A stretch of 64,000 nt of DNA from the sequence record OR352953.1; one strand, written 5' to 3'. Under the pieces are notes generated by a model. The model had not been told where the DNA came from, did no database searches, and saw only the letters and a list, made by a program, of their open reading frames with translations. Below are positions 37,854 through 47,094 of this stretch, one piece after another (position 1 is the first letter of the stretch; each line of letters begins with the position of its first letter). The translations under genes and the position numbers were made by a program. This stretch comes from Escherichia phage AV123.

Positions 37854-37877
37854 AAAGGAGCCGTTAGGCTCCTTATA
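37854..37877 (-). terminator. intrinsic terminator (minus strand)
   Basis: GGAGCC-gtta-GGCTCC hairpin with a U tract on the minus strand. Same stem sequence as the 36684 terminator. Confidence 0.5.
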
Positions 37878-37896
37878 TTCACACAATATTTAACTA

Positions 37897-38844
37897 TTAG
37901 AAACAGTGCAGGAAGTTTCGACCATACTGCAAACCAATAGGAGCAAATGGGATATCATCATCGAAATCTTGAACAACAGGTTCTGGCTCTTTCGGTGCTG
38001 GCTCTTTCTTCTCTACTTTTTTAGTTTCTTTCTTAACTTCTTGTACTGGGGTAGACATTCCACGGATAGCAGCAGCTACTTTATCAGACAAAGCAAGAAC
38101 TTCACGAGCAGCTTCAATAATCTCTTCTGCCGTTACAGTTTTACCTGTATGATCACGACAAGCATTAAGAATTGCGTGTCCAACTGAAGCACCAAGATCA
38201 TAATCAGTTACATCAACGCCACGATCTTTAGCAATTTCAGCTTTCAGAGTAACAGTTGCAGATTGTACCACACCAGCCAAATCGAAAGCATCACCTTTCA
38301 CACCAGCACGTAGAAGCTCCAGAGCGCCGTTTACAGCGTGTCCTGTTTCAATCCCTACGGTATCACGTTTTTTGTAGTTAGGCTTGCTACCATCGTTATT
38401 AGATGGCTTATTTCCACCTTTTGAAGAAGATTGTGCTTGCTGAACACCTTCTGTTGAAAGAATAGTGATTTTACCTTTAGAGGAATTGTAGTATGTTTTG
38501 CCATTCCATTCAGAAGGTTTAACATCCATAGTTAGTTCTACACCTTTTTCGATAGTAACCCACTTATCACCATCTTTAACTTGCAGGTTTTCATGTTCTG
38601 GGTGCAGTTTAACTTCACCTAAGCTAACCCAAACACCTTTATCATCAGCACCAGCACCTTTCTCTTTAATAAGCAGAGATGCTTTGTGAGTTGATTCAAT
38701 TTTCTTATCTGGCTGACCTGCAACCTTAATATAAGAGACTTTCATTTCATCAAACTTATCTAGTTTGACATATTCGACAATACCTTCAGCCCAGAATGCT
38801 TCTTTTTTAGTACGGCGGTCGATTTCAGAATTAATTACTGGCAT
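37897..38844 (-). CDS. single-stranded DNA-binding protein-like protein carrying an SSB C-terminal-tip motif
   Basis: Contains DFDDDIPF, identical to the last 8 residues of E. coli SSB, preceded by a Lys/Glu/Pro-rich linker; here it is followed by 15 more residues (APIGLQYGRNFLHCF). N-terminal half is beta-rich (possible OB fold). RBS AGAGGAG. Confidence 0.45.
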   Translation of the reverse strand: MPVINSEIDRRTKKEAFWAEGIVEYVKLDKFDEMKVSYIKVAGQPDKKIESTHKASLLIKEKGAGADDKGVWVSLGEVKLHPEHENLQVKDGDKWVTIEKGVELTMDVKPSEWNGKTYYNSSKGKITILSTEGVQQAQSSSKGGNKPSNNDGSKPNYKKRDTVGIETGHAVNGALELLRAGVKGDAFDLAGVVQSATVTLKAEIAKDRGVDVTDYDLGASVGHAILNACRDHTGKTVTAEEIIEAAREVLALSDKVAAAIRGMSTPVQEVKKETKKVEKKEPAPKEPEPVVQDFDDDIPFAPIGLQYGRNFLHCF

Positions 38845-38860
38845 AAATTCTCCTCTATAA

Positions 38861-39259
38861 TTACATTACTTTAACACAAAACTCTCGTAAAAGAGTAGCG
38901 TCAGTTTCTTCCAACAGGTATTTACCAAGACCAATACCAAAGCCTATTTCACCACTTTCAAAATGGAGAATTTGTATCTTTTCTCCACCAAGATTAATTA
39001 CTTTTGCTTTTCCAGGATTATCCAAAACATCTCGTATTGTATCCTGTAATAACATAAGCTCACGTTTTGTGATAGTGGTTTCAGATATCTCTTTGTTTTC
39101 TACTCTCACTGTTAAACGATTGTATCCACCAAAGAGACACAGTATTTGAATAAAAAAGGTATTATCTTGAGGTTCAACATCTTTTTTGGTTAGCTCAAGA
39201 CGATTAGTTTCTCTACTGTAGAACGTCTCGACTAAGATTTTAGAACGATTATCTGTCAT
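38861..39259 (-). CDS. hypothetical protein
   Basis: 132 aa ORF, co-directional and tightly spaced with its neighbours. Confidence 0.4.
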   Translation of the reverse strand: MTDNRSKILVETFYSRETNRLELTKKDVEPQDNTFFIQILCLFGGYNRLTVRVENKEISETTITKRELMLLQDTIRDVLDNPGKAKVINLGGEKIQILHFESGEIGFGIGLGKYLLEETDATLLREFCVKVM

Positions 39260-39302
39260 TCAAGTCCTCATAATAACACATAATTATAATGTTTGTCAAC
39301 AC

Positions 39303-39896
39303 TTAAATTTTAAATTCTTCATTGTTAAATGAATCCAGTGTACGTACTTCTGGTTCTTTGGGAATGAAAACGTCTTTTACAAAACGGAACATAGGGAAAC
39401 GTTCTGCCATTTTACGGACGTGTGCTTCTTTACCTGTGTATCGGTGATTAATAGTGCAAATATTAGTCTTCAATGCAAATTCAAAATCTGGATGATATAC
39501 ATAGTTTTGACCATCCCAGTAACACAGGCAGATAGCTACATCAAAGTTCCATACGATTTCACTGCGTACACCTTCTTCCATGATCATAAAGTTAAACTTA
39601 AGATCTTTATAGTATGCTTCAAATACCCATTTCAAATGTGGTAGTTCGGCATAAGTGTGTTCTGTTTGCTTAGTAAGTTGTTTCACATTACGTGCACCAA
39701 CACCCAACATCAAAAATTTCTCTACTAATACGAGTGTATTGTGGTTAGGCATACGCAAGTAAATGTCAATATCTTGCGCAGGTTTCTCTAATCGCCAATC
39801 ACGTACAGCGCCGCCAGCTACAATTGCAAACGGATCTACCAGTTGGCACATACGTAATACTTCTAAAGCTCGTACTTTTTGATCTTCAATATTCAT
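39303..39896 (-). CDS. minimal nucleotidyltransferase (Pol-beta superfamily, CCA-adding/poly(A) polymerase head-domain-like)
   Basis: AIVAGGAVRDWRLEKPAQDIDIYL matches the GGxVRD...DxD signature of class II tRNA nucleotidyltransferases. Only 197 aa, so no body/tail domains. RBS TAGGAGA. Confidence 0.5.
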   Translation of the reverse strand: MNIEDQKVRALEVLRMCQLVDPFAIVAGGAVRDWRLEKPAQDIDIYLRMPNHNTLVLVEKFLMLGVGARNVKQLTKQTEHTYAELPHLKWVFEAYYKDLKFNFMIMEEGVRSEIVWNFDVAICLCYWDGQNYVYHPDFEFALKTNICTINHRYTGKEAHVRKMAERFPMFRFVKDVFIPKEPEVRTLDSFNNEEFKI

Positions 39897-39931
39897 ATTT
39901 TCTCCTATCTCTTATGGTCTTTGCGTTATTC

Positions 39932-39949
39932 TAGATGTTCAAACATCTA
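39932..39949. promoter_or_regulatory. perfect palindrome TAGATGTT-ca-AACATCTA upstream of the nucleotidyltransferase gene (operator-like)
   Basis: 8 bp perfect inverted repeat with 2 bp spacer, 36-53 nt upstream of the start codon at 39896. Confidence 0.35.
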
Positions 39950-39970
39950 ATTATGAAATGGTTTAAAAGT

Positions 39971-40005
39971 GCGGAACAACCTTGGCAATCACAGATTGTT
40001 CCACA
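39971..40005 (-). terminator. terminator-like hairpin downstream of the DNA polymerase gene
   Basis: G(C)GGAACAA-N17-TTGTTCCAC inverted repeat with T/A-rich sequence after it on the minus strand. Long loop, so weak. Confidence 0.3.
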
Positions 40006-40033
40006 TAAAAACTCCTTTAAAATCAAATAGATA

Positions 40034-42613
40034 CTAGTGACAACTGGCCCATGAGTTACCAACATCGTAACCAGCAGTGAGAGGTACATTAAGATTGTAA
40101 TACTCACCAGCTTTATTAACAGCGATAGATGCTAATTCTCCAGCACGACTGTAGGCTGTAAACCAACCACCTTTTGGAGACTCATGTACGTTAGCCCAAA
40201 TCTTGCCAGTACGTTTCTCTTCCTCTTCTTTCCAGGCATTAACTTTATCCAAACATTCTTTATCAATTTTCTTTTGTTCATCTGGATCATCAACTTGAGT
40301 CCAACCTAAAGATTCTTTAGAGAACCATTTAAAATGCACCAGATCACGAGTTACTTCAAGCTGTGCTTCATCGTGATATGCAATCATTTGTTGAACGAAT
40401 GACTTATTTTTCCAGTCATCAACAAAAAAGTCAACAGCTAATCCTTCTTCTTCGATAAGATCGTCGTAGATAACCATTGCTCTTTTTGCACAAATAACAC
40501 CACCACTCTGGAACAGAGAGTTAAGTATTGCGTGTGCAGATCGTGTAGGTACTTTTCTACCATCAATACCAAGAATGTATTTCTTACCTGTTTTAACCCA
40601 AAAATCATGCAGACGTTCTTTAAGAAGCGCAAGAGGTTTTGCAGCTTCCCAGAAAGCATCGTATACAAGCTGTCCTGTATACATATCACTACCTATAGTT
40701 TTTGCTACTTTTGCAGCTTGAGCACCATAAGTAATACCATACTTAACAGATTTAGCAGGGCTTCGTTCAAACTTACGACCAATAGTGTCAGAAATACGTC
40801 GAGCCATCATTGTATGAACATCATTAGGTTTTTCCAATAACAGAGCATTACAATATTCGTGTGGTTCCTGCTCGTACCGCCAACAGTAGTGTGATTCTAT
40901 TTTTGCCTCAAGAGAATCAAAGTCATAACCAATTTGGAAATATTTTGGAACTTCTACACCAAATAAGTTACGCATTTCATATCCGTACAGAGATGTTACA
41001 CGTGGGATATTTGCTACTAACCTATGTTTCATACGAGACGTAGCTGCATCACACGTTGCAGCAGGAGTTGGTATACGACCATCAGCCCTTACTGCCGCCA
41101 GATAACCTTTATCGTAATCCTCTTCATCTTCTTCCCAATCAGCACCACCCCCTAGGATAGAGTTTCTACGATGTTTATACGTAAGATACTGCACAATCTG
41201 CGTAGCATAAGGAAACTTTTCACCTAGTGCTTCCAAGTTAGGACAAATATCCTTCTCTTGCCCTTTTGTAAAGGAAGGGTTAGTAAGCACTTTAACACCA
41301 CGACCTTTAGCTTTAGCAATACGATCTCTTAGTTTCCATTCCAAAGTTTCTGGTGTGCACTCCAGATGATCACATCTGTCCTGGCAGAAGTTAGATGCTA
41401 ATGTTTGATCAACATAGTCACGAATAGCTTTCTCCATTTGTGCTTCATCTTTCTTAATCTTAGTGCCAGATTTAAGAGTGATATCTTTATCTTTATATTC
41501 AGATGGACTCCAACCTAAACCAACCAGCCAATTTTTAATATGCGTAGTGTCGTCTAAAGTAGCAGGTACTGTAGGATCACAAATAGGTTCCTCTGCTGGA
41601 ATAGGGAGTTTAAACTCTTTACCTAATGCAAATAACCACCAACCATCTTCTTTTTGTACAAGTTCACCAGAATGTTTCTCTGCAAACTTTACCATGTTAC
41701 TTGAAGGTTCACCATTCTTTTTAAACTGTAGTTTAGGTGGAATGAATGATTTCAAATAACCTTTAGTAGCAGGTTTAGGAGGTAGCACAGGTTCTGCCTC
41801 TAAACGACATGCTTCCATTCGAGCATCCAGATCACGAATATTATCTTCTGCTTGTTTCATATTGAAAGCAAAGCCACGGTGCTCTTGACGTGTAATAATA
41901 TCAGCTACACGTTGTTCTAAGTTAAATGGTTCAGACCACTTACTATAATCACCCCACTCTTCCATCAAATAACGGAACACTGCGGTGTTAGCTTTGTTAT
42001 CGTAAATACAGTAATACAGCATATCTGCTGCAAATGTTCTAAATCTTTCAGCTTCAGGAATGTTTTTTCTGAAATCAATTTTAACATCCCCTCCAGCCTT
42101 CTTAGATAACTCTGCCAGACTATGACCACCGAAGCGATCAGGGTTTAGTGTCTTACTTAAGATCATAGTATCACAAATTTCAATGTTACTATTACCCCAA
42201 GTATTGTACTTAACACTGTAGTTGAGTTTAAAAAATAATTTAATTGCCAGTAAGTCGAAGTTAATGATGTTGTGTCCAACTACTTTGGTAATTTTATAGT
42301 TTGAATTACCTTTAAATTTACCTGTTCCATTTACAAAATCAGGAAAATCTTTAAGAGGGAAATGGGTATATTCTAAATGCTCATATTCCTCCAGTCGGTA
42401 TTCATACTTTCCGTCAGTCTCAACATACGGACGACCATCGAAAAGATATTTATCACCATCATGGAAAGCAATAATCTCTCCAGTATCATGACTTTCGCAC
42501 ACAATACAGTGCATTGCAAAACTATCTTTTAAACGATATGGACTTGCCAAGTAATCTACACTTTCGTCATTAAGCAAGTTGTTACTTTCAATGTCGAAAG
42601 TAAAAGCTCCCAT
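40034..42613 (-). CDS. DNA polymerase, family A, with 3'-5' exonuclease domain
   Basis: 859 aa. Exo I motif FDIES near the N-terminus; motif A-like DFDSLEAKI; motif B-like RSPAKSVKYGITYGAQ; motif C HDE (VAYHDEAQLEV). RBS AAGGAGGGAGA. Confidence 0.8.
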   Translation of the reverse strand: MGAFTFDIESNNLLNDESVDYLASPYRLKDSFAMHCIVCESHDTGEIIAFHDGDKYLFDGRPYVETDGKYEYRLEEYEHLEYTHFPLKDFPDFVNGTGKFKGNSNYKITKVVGHNIINFDLLAIKLFFKLNYSVKYNTWGNSNIEICDTMILSKTLNPDRFGGHSLAELSKKAGGDVKIDFRKNIPEAERFRTFAADMLYYCIYDNKANTAVFRYLMEEWGDYSKWSEPFNLEQRVADIITRQEHRGFAFNMKQAEDNIRDLDARMEACRLEAEPVLPPKPATKGYLKSFIPPKLQFKKNGEPSSNMVKFAEKHSGELVQKEDGWWLFALGKEFKLPIPAEEPICDPTVPATLDDTTHIKNWLVGLGWSPSEYKDKDITLKSGTKIKKDEAQMEKAIRDYVDQTLASNFCQDRCDHLECTPETLEWKLRDRIAKAKGRGVKVLTNPSFTKGQEKDICPNLEALGEKFPYATQIVQYLTYKHRRNSILGGGADWEEDEEDYDKGYLAAVRADGRIPTPAATCDAATSRMKHRLVANIPRVTSLYGYEMRNLFGVEVPKYFQIGYDFDSLEAKIESHYCWRYEQEPHEYCNALLLEKPNDVHTMMARRISDTIGRKFERSPAKSVKYGITYGAQAAKVAKTIGSDMYTGQLVYDAFWEAAKPLALLKERLHDFWVKTGKKYILGIDGRKVPTRSAHAILNSLFQSGGVICAKRAMVIYDDLIEEEGLAVDFFVDDWKNKSFVQQMIAYHDEAQLEVTRDLVHFKWFSKESLGWTQVDDPDEQKKIDKECLDKVNAWKEEEEKRTGKIWANVHESPKGGWFTAYSRAGELASIAVNKAGEYYNLNVPLTAGYDVGNSWASCH

Positions 42614-42681
42614 TCTCCCTCCTTAAAATATTTCTAAAGTCTTAATTTGTTAATACTGTACCATAAATTAATTGTTTTGTA

Positions 42682-42699
42682 AAGGGGCTTTCGCCCCTT
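42682..42699. other. GC-rich hairpin (AAGGGGC-tttc-GCCCCTT)
   Basis: Perfect 7 bp stem between two minus-strand genes; the T-rich tract is on the plus side, so strand assignment is unclear. Confidence 0.3.
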
Positions 42700-42703
42700 C
42701 TTG

Positions 42704-43099
42704 TTATTTATTGTCAGCACTTAATTGTACTTTAATAAGGCAATTAGGGACACCATTGGTATTTCTCAAGCCTACACGGTCAATTTTAACTGTCCCTGTT
42801 AAGCCACTAAAAGTGGAAACAATGTTATTAATGTTTTCATCCTTACTAGCGATATCAAGAACAACTTTATCACTAACATTTTTCAGCATACGATCTACAA
42901 GCTCTCCCACAAAACCACTGGTAGTTTGAATGAGAAGGTATAGGCAACCATCCTCAAACCACAAATGTTCACCATAAGCATAACCATATGGTTCTAACTC
43001 CGATCCATCTTGAAATTTAAACTTAGCAACAGTTTTCGTATAATCATACCCTAACGCAGAAGGGGATACACCATAGAGGATATTTTCGTTGTCTTTCAT
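42704..43099 (-). CDS. hypothetical protein
   Basis: ATG at 43099 (MKDNENILYG...) is preceded by AAGGAGAGAA and sits just past the helicase stop. The track's longer start at 43228 would overlap the helicase gene. Confidence 0.45.
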   Translation of the reverse strand: MKDNENILYGVSPSALGYDYTKTVAKFKFQDGSELEPYGYAYGEHLWFEDGCLYLLIQTTSGFVGELVDRMLKNVSDKVVLDIASKDENINNIVSTFSGLTGTVKIDRVGLRNTNGVPNCLIKVQLSADNK

Positions 43100-43109
43100 A
43101 TTTCTCTCC

Positions 43110-44882
43110 TTAATAAGAACCATCAGGAATATTCTCTGGGTTACTTGTATATTGATCGTAATCGTGAAGTGTAGCTGTTTTAATCTCATAGAAGAAACTA
43201 CCTGCTGCACCAGTCTCTGAGAACTCACGGTTCTTTAGAATGTAGCAATATGTACGGTTACGTTCCATAGGATCTTCAGCTTGTTTATCACGCTCCAGCG
43301 CAATTGTAATACCAGCACCTTTAGCAAGGAAGCTACTACCCATTGCATCATCTTCTACAATATGTTCATTACTATTGTTAGAAGACTTTTTAACGTGTGA
43401 AATTACAACAATGGTAATTGCGTACTCTTTCATAATGCGTTTCAGCCACGTCGCAAGTTCCTCTTGTTGTGACACGTCCATACCAGAAAGCAAATCAGAA
43501 TAAGGGTCGATAACAAGAATGGTTACTCCGAAATAAATAATCATTTCCAGAACCTTCTCTTTAATCACATCTACGTTAGCTCCACGATCATCACAAACAT
43601 AGAAACGTGGTGTTCCATCTTCTCGTTCGTAAAAATCACGAATCTTTTCTTCATTATCTTTTAAAATCTTTTCCTTCTCTTCTTTTGTTTTACGGTGAAG
43701 AGGGATATGCAAGAATGAAGACAGCAAGTTACGAGAATACTTCTTATACGTTGCCTCCAAAGATAAAATACCAAGAGTATGTTCTGGGTGTGCAAGAATA
43801 ATGTGTTTCGTAATCTCGTTAACCAACAGTGTCTTACCGATACTTGTTTTTGCAAGTATAACAGTAATTTCTTCTTCTACCAAGCCTCCACCTAACATAT
43901 TAGAAGCAACACGCATGAATGGAGGAAGGGTGATCATTTTAGCTTCCAGGCATTCCAGGGCTGCTTCATACAGTACGTTAGAAGCGTAAACACCAGCAGG
44001 TGTGTACAGTTTAGCTTTGAAAAAGCGATCAATAAAATGATCAATTTTTCCTTCTACTAGTGCCTGGTTAGGATCTTTAACATCCGTTAGTTCCATCACG
44101 TAAACTTTATTACGTGGTAAGATTTTAACACATTTCTCAACTGCTGCACGTCCAGCTTCATCATTATCCATACATAGAACAATCTTTTTAAATTGATCTA
44201 AGAATTTATAACGATGTTGAAGCTGCTTATGCAGAGATGTTTCGCCACAAGTACCAGATACTACAGCAGGAACAGGATATTTACCACCCTTATTATAATC
44301 TTTTAGCATCTGTGTTGCAGCCAGCATATCGTGTTCACCACCAACGATTAGAATAGTACCGCTGTGGTTACGATATTTAAACTCCCCAAAAAGATCACAA
44401 TCCTTTCCTGTTTCACCGATAGGATGCGAGAAATCTTTTGGATCGATACGTTGTTTATACCCAGCAATATTGTAATCTTTAGTTGTAGGGTATAGTGTTG
44501 AAATTACTTCGCCAGTAGCCTCATCGTACATATAGCGTACACCGAAAGGCTTAGAGATATCTTCACGAATACCACGATAACCTTTTGGATTAGTTCCAGT
44601 GCTGGCTTTTAGTTTATCATGTACTTCTTGATTAAACTCACTACCCAAGATATCCTCCTCTTCAATTTCTTCGCCGTGTGCATTTAACCATTTTTGATCA
44701 GGGATAGTAAAGCCACAAGAAAAACAATGTGCGCCTCGATGGTCTTCATCGGCATCTAAGCCATATACCATCAAATTGTTTTGTGATCGATCACGCCCTC
44801 CTTTCATACAACGAGGACACCCAGTATGTCCTTCTTGACTTAGATCAATGTTATACCCATATTTATTTACAACATAAGACAC
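43110..44882 (-). CDS. DNA primase-helicase (bifunctional: zinc finger/TOPRIM primase plus DnaB-like helicase)
   Basis: N-terminal Cys4 zinc finger (CPRCMKGG...HCFSCGF). Walker A in the C-terminal half (AKTSIGKTLLV). 590 aa, next to the DNA polymerase gene. Confidence 0.7.
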   Translation of the reverse strand: MSYVVNKYGYNIDLSQEGHTGCPRCMKGGRDRSQNNLMVYGLDADEDHRGAHCFSCGFTIPDQKWLNAHGEEIEEEDILGSEFNQEVHDKLKASTGTNPKGYRGIREDISKPFGVRYMYDEATGEVISTLYPTTKDYNIAGYKQRIDPKDFSHPIGETGKDCDLFGEFKYRNHSGTILIVGGEHDMLAATQMLKDYNKGGKYPVPAVVSGTCGETSLHKQLQHRYKFLDQFKKIVLCMDNDEAGRAAVEKCVKILPRNKVYVMELTDVKDPNQALVEGKIDHFIDRFFKAKLYTPAGVYASNVLYEAALECLEAKMITLPPFMRVASNMLGGGLVEEEITVILAKTSIGKTLLVNEITKHIILAHPEHTLGILSLEATYKKYSRNLLSSFLHIPLHRKTKEEKEKILKDNEEKIRDFYEREDGTPRFYVCDDRGANVDVIKEKVLEMIIYFGVTILVIDPYSDLLSGMDVSQQEELATWLKRIMKEYAITIVVISHVKKSSNNSNEHIVEDDAMGSSFLAKGAGITIALERDKQAEDPMERNRTYCYILKNREFSETGAAGSFFYEIKTATLHDYDQYTSNPENIPDGSY

Positions 44883-44894
44883 ATGATTCTCCTA

Positions 44895-45164
44895 CTAAAA
44901 TGATTCGTTTGTCTCCATAATATATTGCATTTCCAAATCTTCCATATGTTTCTTAAATTGGTAAACAATTTCCGATGGGGAAATATCTATATCAAAAAGT
45001 TCTTTTGTGCCAGAATAAAACCTAATACCATCAACAATAAGACCACCATAATAATCCCAATCACTTTCTCGTGAGAAAGGATTAGGTTCTTCATAATAGT
45101 AATCTACTTCAACAATAATAGGTTCTTTATTATCTTGTTTATACTCAAAATCAAAAGTGTTCAT
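44895..45164 (-). CDS. hypothetical protein
   Basis: 89 aa acidic ORF; its start overlaps the upstream gene's stop. Confidence 0.35.
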   Translation of the reverse strand: MNTFDFEYKQDNKEPIIVEVDYYYEEPNPFSRESDWDYYGGLIVDGIRFYSGTKELFDIDISPSEIVYQFKKHMEDLEMQYIMETNESF

Positions 45165-46108
45165 TATAAATCCTCGATAAGCAGTCTGCGGGTTTCATTT
45201 AAATCATCAATATTGTAGTTATCTCTTACATACTTAGCAAGAGCCAATCCTTTCTCAATACAAACATCAGGAGATTCGATTAAGTATTCTACAATATCTT
45301 TCCACTCTTTAACTGAATCAGCAAAGAAGATTAGGTCTTTAAATTCTTCAGTATAATAGTTCTCTCGTGGTGAACAAACGAGTGGCAAACCTTTAGCACC
45401 AGCTTCAAGAATTTTTAAATTACTTTTGGCATTATTAAAATGATTATTTACCAATGGAGCTATGGAGATTTGATGACCATCGTATGCTTCCATATAACAT
45501 TCATAAGGACGAATACCTTCATAAACACAATCTGGTTGAATATCTTCTTTAATTTGCAACCATTGAGCACTACTTAACTCTTCGTGATCTCTACGAAATC
45601 CACATAAAGTTAAATCTTTACCAAAATCAGGAAGAATTGCTAAATCATGTTTATGTGTTTCACTTCCCGCCCAAACTAGTGGACTTTTAGAATAACGGTC
45701 TTTCGTAAGAACAAACTGTCCTTCATCAAAAGGTAATCCGTTAGGCACAATATGTACATTATCATTGTATTGGCTTAATTCAACCTTTAATGCCGGAGTT
45801 GTTGTAGTTACAAGATCGCTTCTTTCAAGGAACCATTTTAGGTCATCTCGGATTTGATTTTCAAATAGTCCTTCAAGCATATGCCCTTCAGGAATAATTA
45901 AAGAATCATCCAGATCCATTACCAATTTAAACCCAAGTTGTTTAAGAGCCAGGAAACCTGGCTTTCCACGTGTTGGTACTCCATTGAACACAAAAATATT
46001 ATGCTTAGGATTAATTGTCAGTTTGCGTTTATATGGCAAAATGATTCTATGAAAATCACATACACTATACTTTTCATTTCCGCGTGTGTCAAGAATAATA
46101 TTAGGCAT
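45164..46108 (-). CDS. glycosyltransferase, GT-B fold (paralog 1)
   Basis: C-terminal segment SNLKILEAGAKGLPLVCSP resembles the GT1/GT4 nucleotide-sugar-binding motif. Clear paralogy with the next gene (LPFDEGQFVLTKDR / LPYDEGQFTLTKDR; YDGHQISIAPLV / YDGHSIAIAPLV). Confidence 0.5.
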   Translation of the reverse strand: MPNIILDTRGNEKYSVCDFHRIILPYKRKLTINPKHNIFVFNGVPTRGKPGFLALKQLGFKLVMDLDDSLIIPEGHMLEGLFENQIRDDLKWFLERSDLVTTTTPALKVELSQYNDNVHIVPNGLPFDEGQFVLTKDRYSKSPLVWAGSETHKHDLAILPDFGKDLTLCGFRRDHEELSSAQWLQIKEDIQPDCVYEGIRPYECYMEAYDGHQISIAPLVNNHFNNAKSNLKILEAGAKGLPLVCSPRENYYTEEFKDLIFFADSVKEWKDIVEYLIESPDVCIEKGLALAKYVRDNYNIDDLNETRRLLIEDL

Positions 46109-46119
46109 ATAACTCCTTG

Positions 46120-47094
46120 TTAAAGACTTTCAATAACTTGACGACGCAGTTCATTGGCATCTGCAAGATTATAATTAAGACGAACGTGTTCTGCAAGCAT
46201 CATACCACGATCTTCTGTGTATCTAGGGTTCCTCATTAGCTTGACAACTTCATAATGCCAAGATGCTTTAGAATCTGCATAGATAACAGCCTTTGCATCT
46301 ACCGGATTGAAGTACGGCAGCACAGGAGAACAGATAATAGGAAGACCCTTTGCACCTGCTTCCAAAATCTTCAAATTGCTTTTACAGTTGTTGAAGTCAT
46401 TATCTACCAGGGGAGCAATTGCAATACTGTGACCGTCATACACAGACATATACTCACCTAAATTTTTAATAGCTGGTTTATACTGTGCATTTGGAATTTT
46501 ACGTTTTATTTTAACCCACTCCGCAGTAGTTAGATACTGACTGTTATTTCCAACAGGTGCAGAAGGATACACTTCATACCCTGCAATTGTCAATAGTGTA
46601 TCATCAAATGTATTAGCTACAAGAGATAAATCAGGTTCGTGGCTTGCTCCTCCAGCCCAGATAATAGGCGTGTCAGAATTACGGTCTTTTGTCAAAGTAA
46701 ATTGACCTTCGTCGTAAGGTAGTGCGTTTCTAATAACGACAACATTACGATTTAAATGACGAATTTTGTAAGCTAGGTATTCTGTTGTTACAGTAACAAC
46801 ATCTGCTAACTTGACCATCTCTACAATAGTCTTTGAGTGATTAGTAAATACGCCAGCCATATAATGTTCAGGATTAAGTGAATAAAAATCATCTAAATCA
46901 ACAATAATCTTAACACCTTGTGCCTTCAGGCGTTTAACCTCGTCTGCTCCACGAGAATACACTCTATTAAAAACTAAAACGTCTTTCTTAGGTTTAAACG
47001 TATTTCCAGCAAATGGCATTACAATACGATGGTAATCACAACCACTGCCTAACTTATTATCACACTTAAGTACAGGAGTATTAGGATTTACCAT
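46120..47094 (-). CDS. glycosyltransferase, GT-B fold (paralog 2, tandem duplicate)
   Basis: Paralog of 45164-46108. Start placed at ATG 47094 (MVNPNTPV...) by AGGAGG RBS and N-terminal length match to the paralog; the track's start at 47133 also has an RBS. Confidence 0.5.
   Translation of the reverse strand: MVNPNTPVLKCDNKLGSGCDYHRIVMPFAGNTFKPKKDVLVFNRVYSRGADEVKRLKAQGVKIIVDLDDFYSLNPEHYMAGVFTNHSKTIVEMVKLADVVTVTTEYLAYKIRHLNRNVVVIRNALPYDEGQFTLTKDRNSDTPIIWAGGASHEPDLSLVANTFDDTLLTIAGYEVYPSAPVGNNSQYLTTAEWVKIKRKIPNAQYKPAIKNLGEYMSVYDGHSIAIAPLVDNDFNNCKSNLKILEAGAKGLPIICSPVLPYFNPVDAKAVIYADSKASWHYEVVKLMRNPRYTEDRGMMLAEHVRLNYNLADANELRRQVIESL

Noticed and set aside
39275-39292. TTGACA and TATAAT hexamers on the minus strand upstream of the 38861 gene
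   Set aside because: The spacer between the hexamers is only about 5 nt, which is incompatible with sigma70 promoter geometry (16-18 nt).
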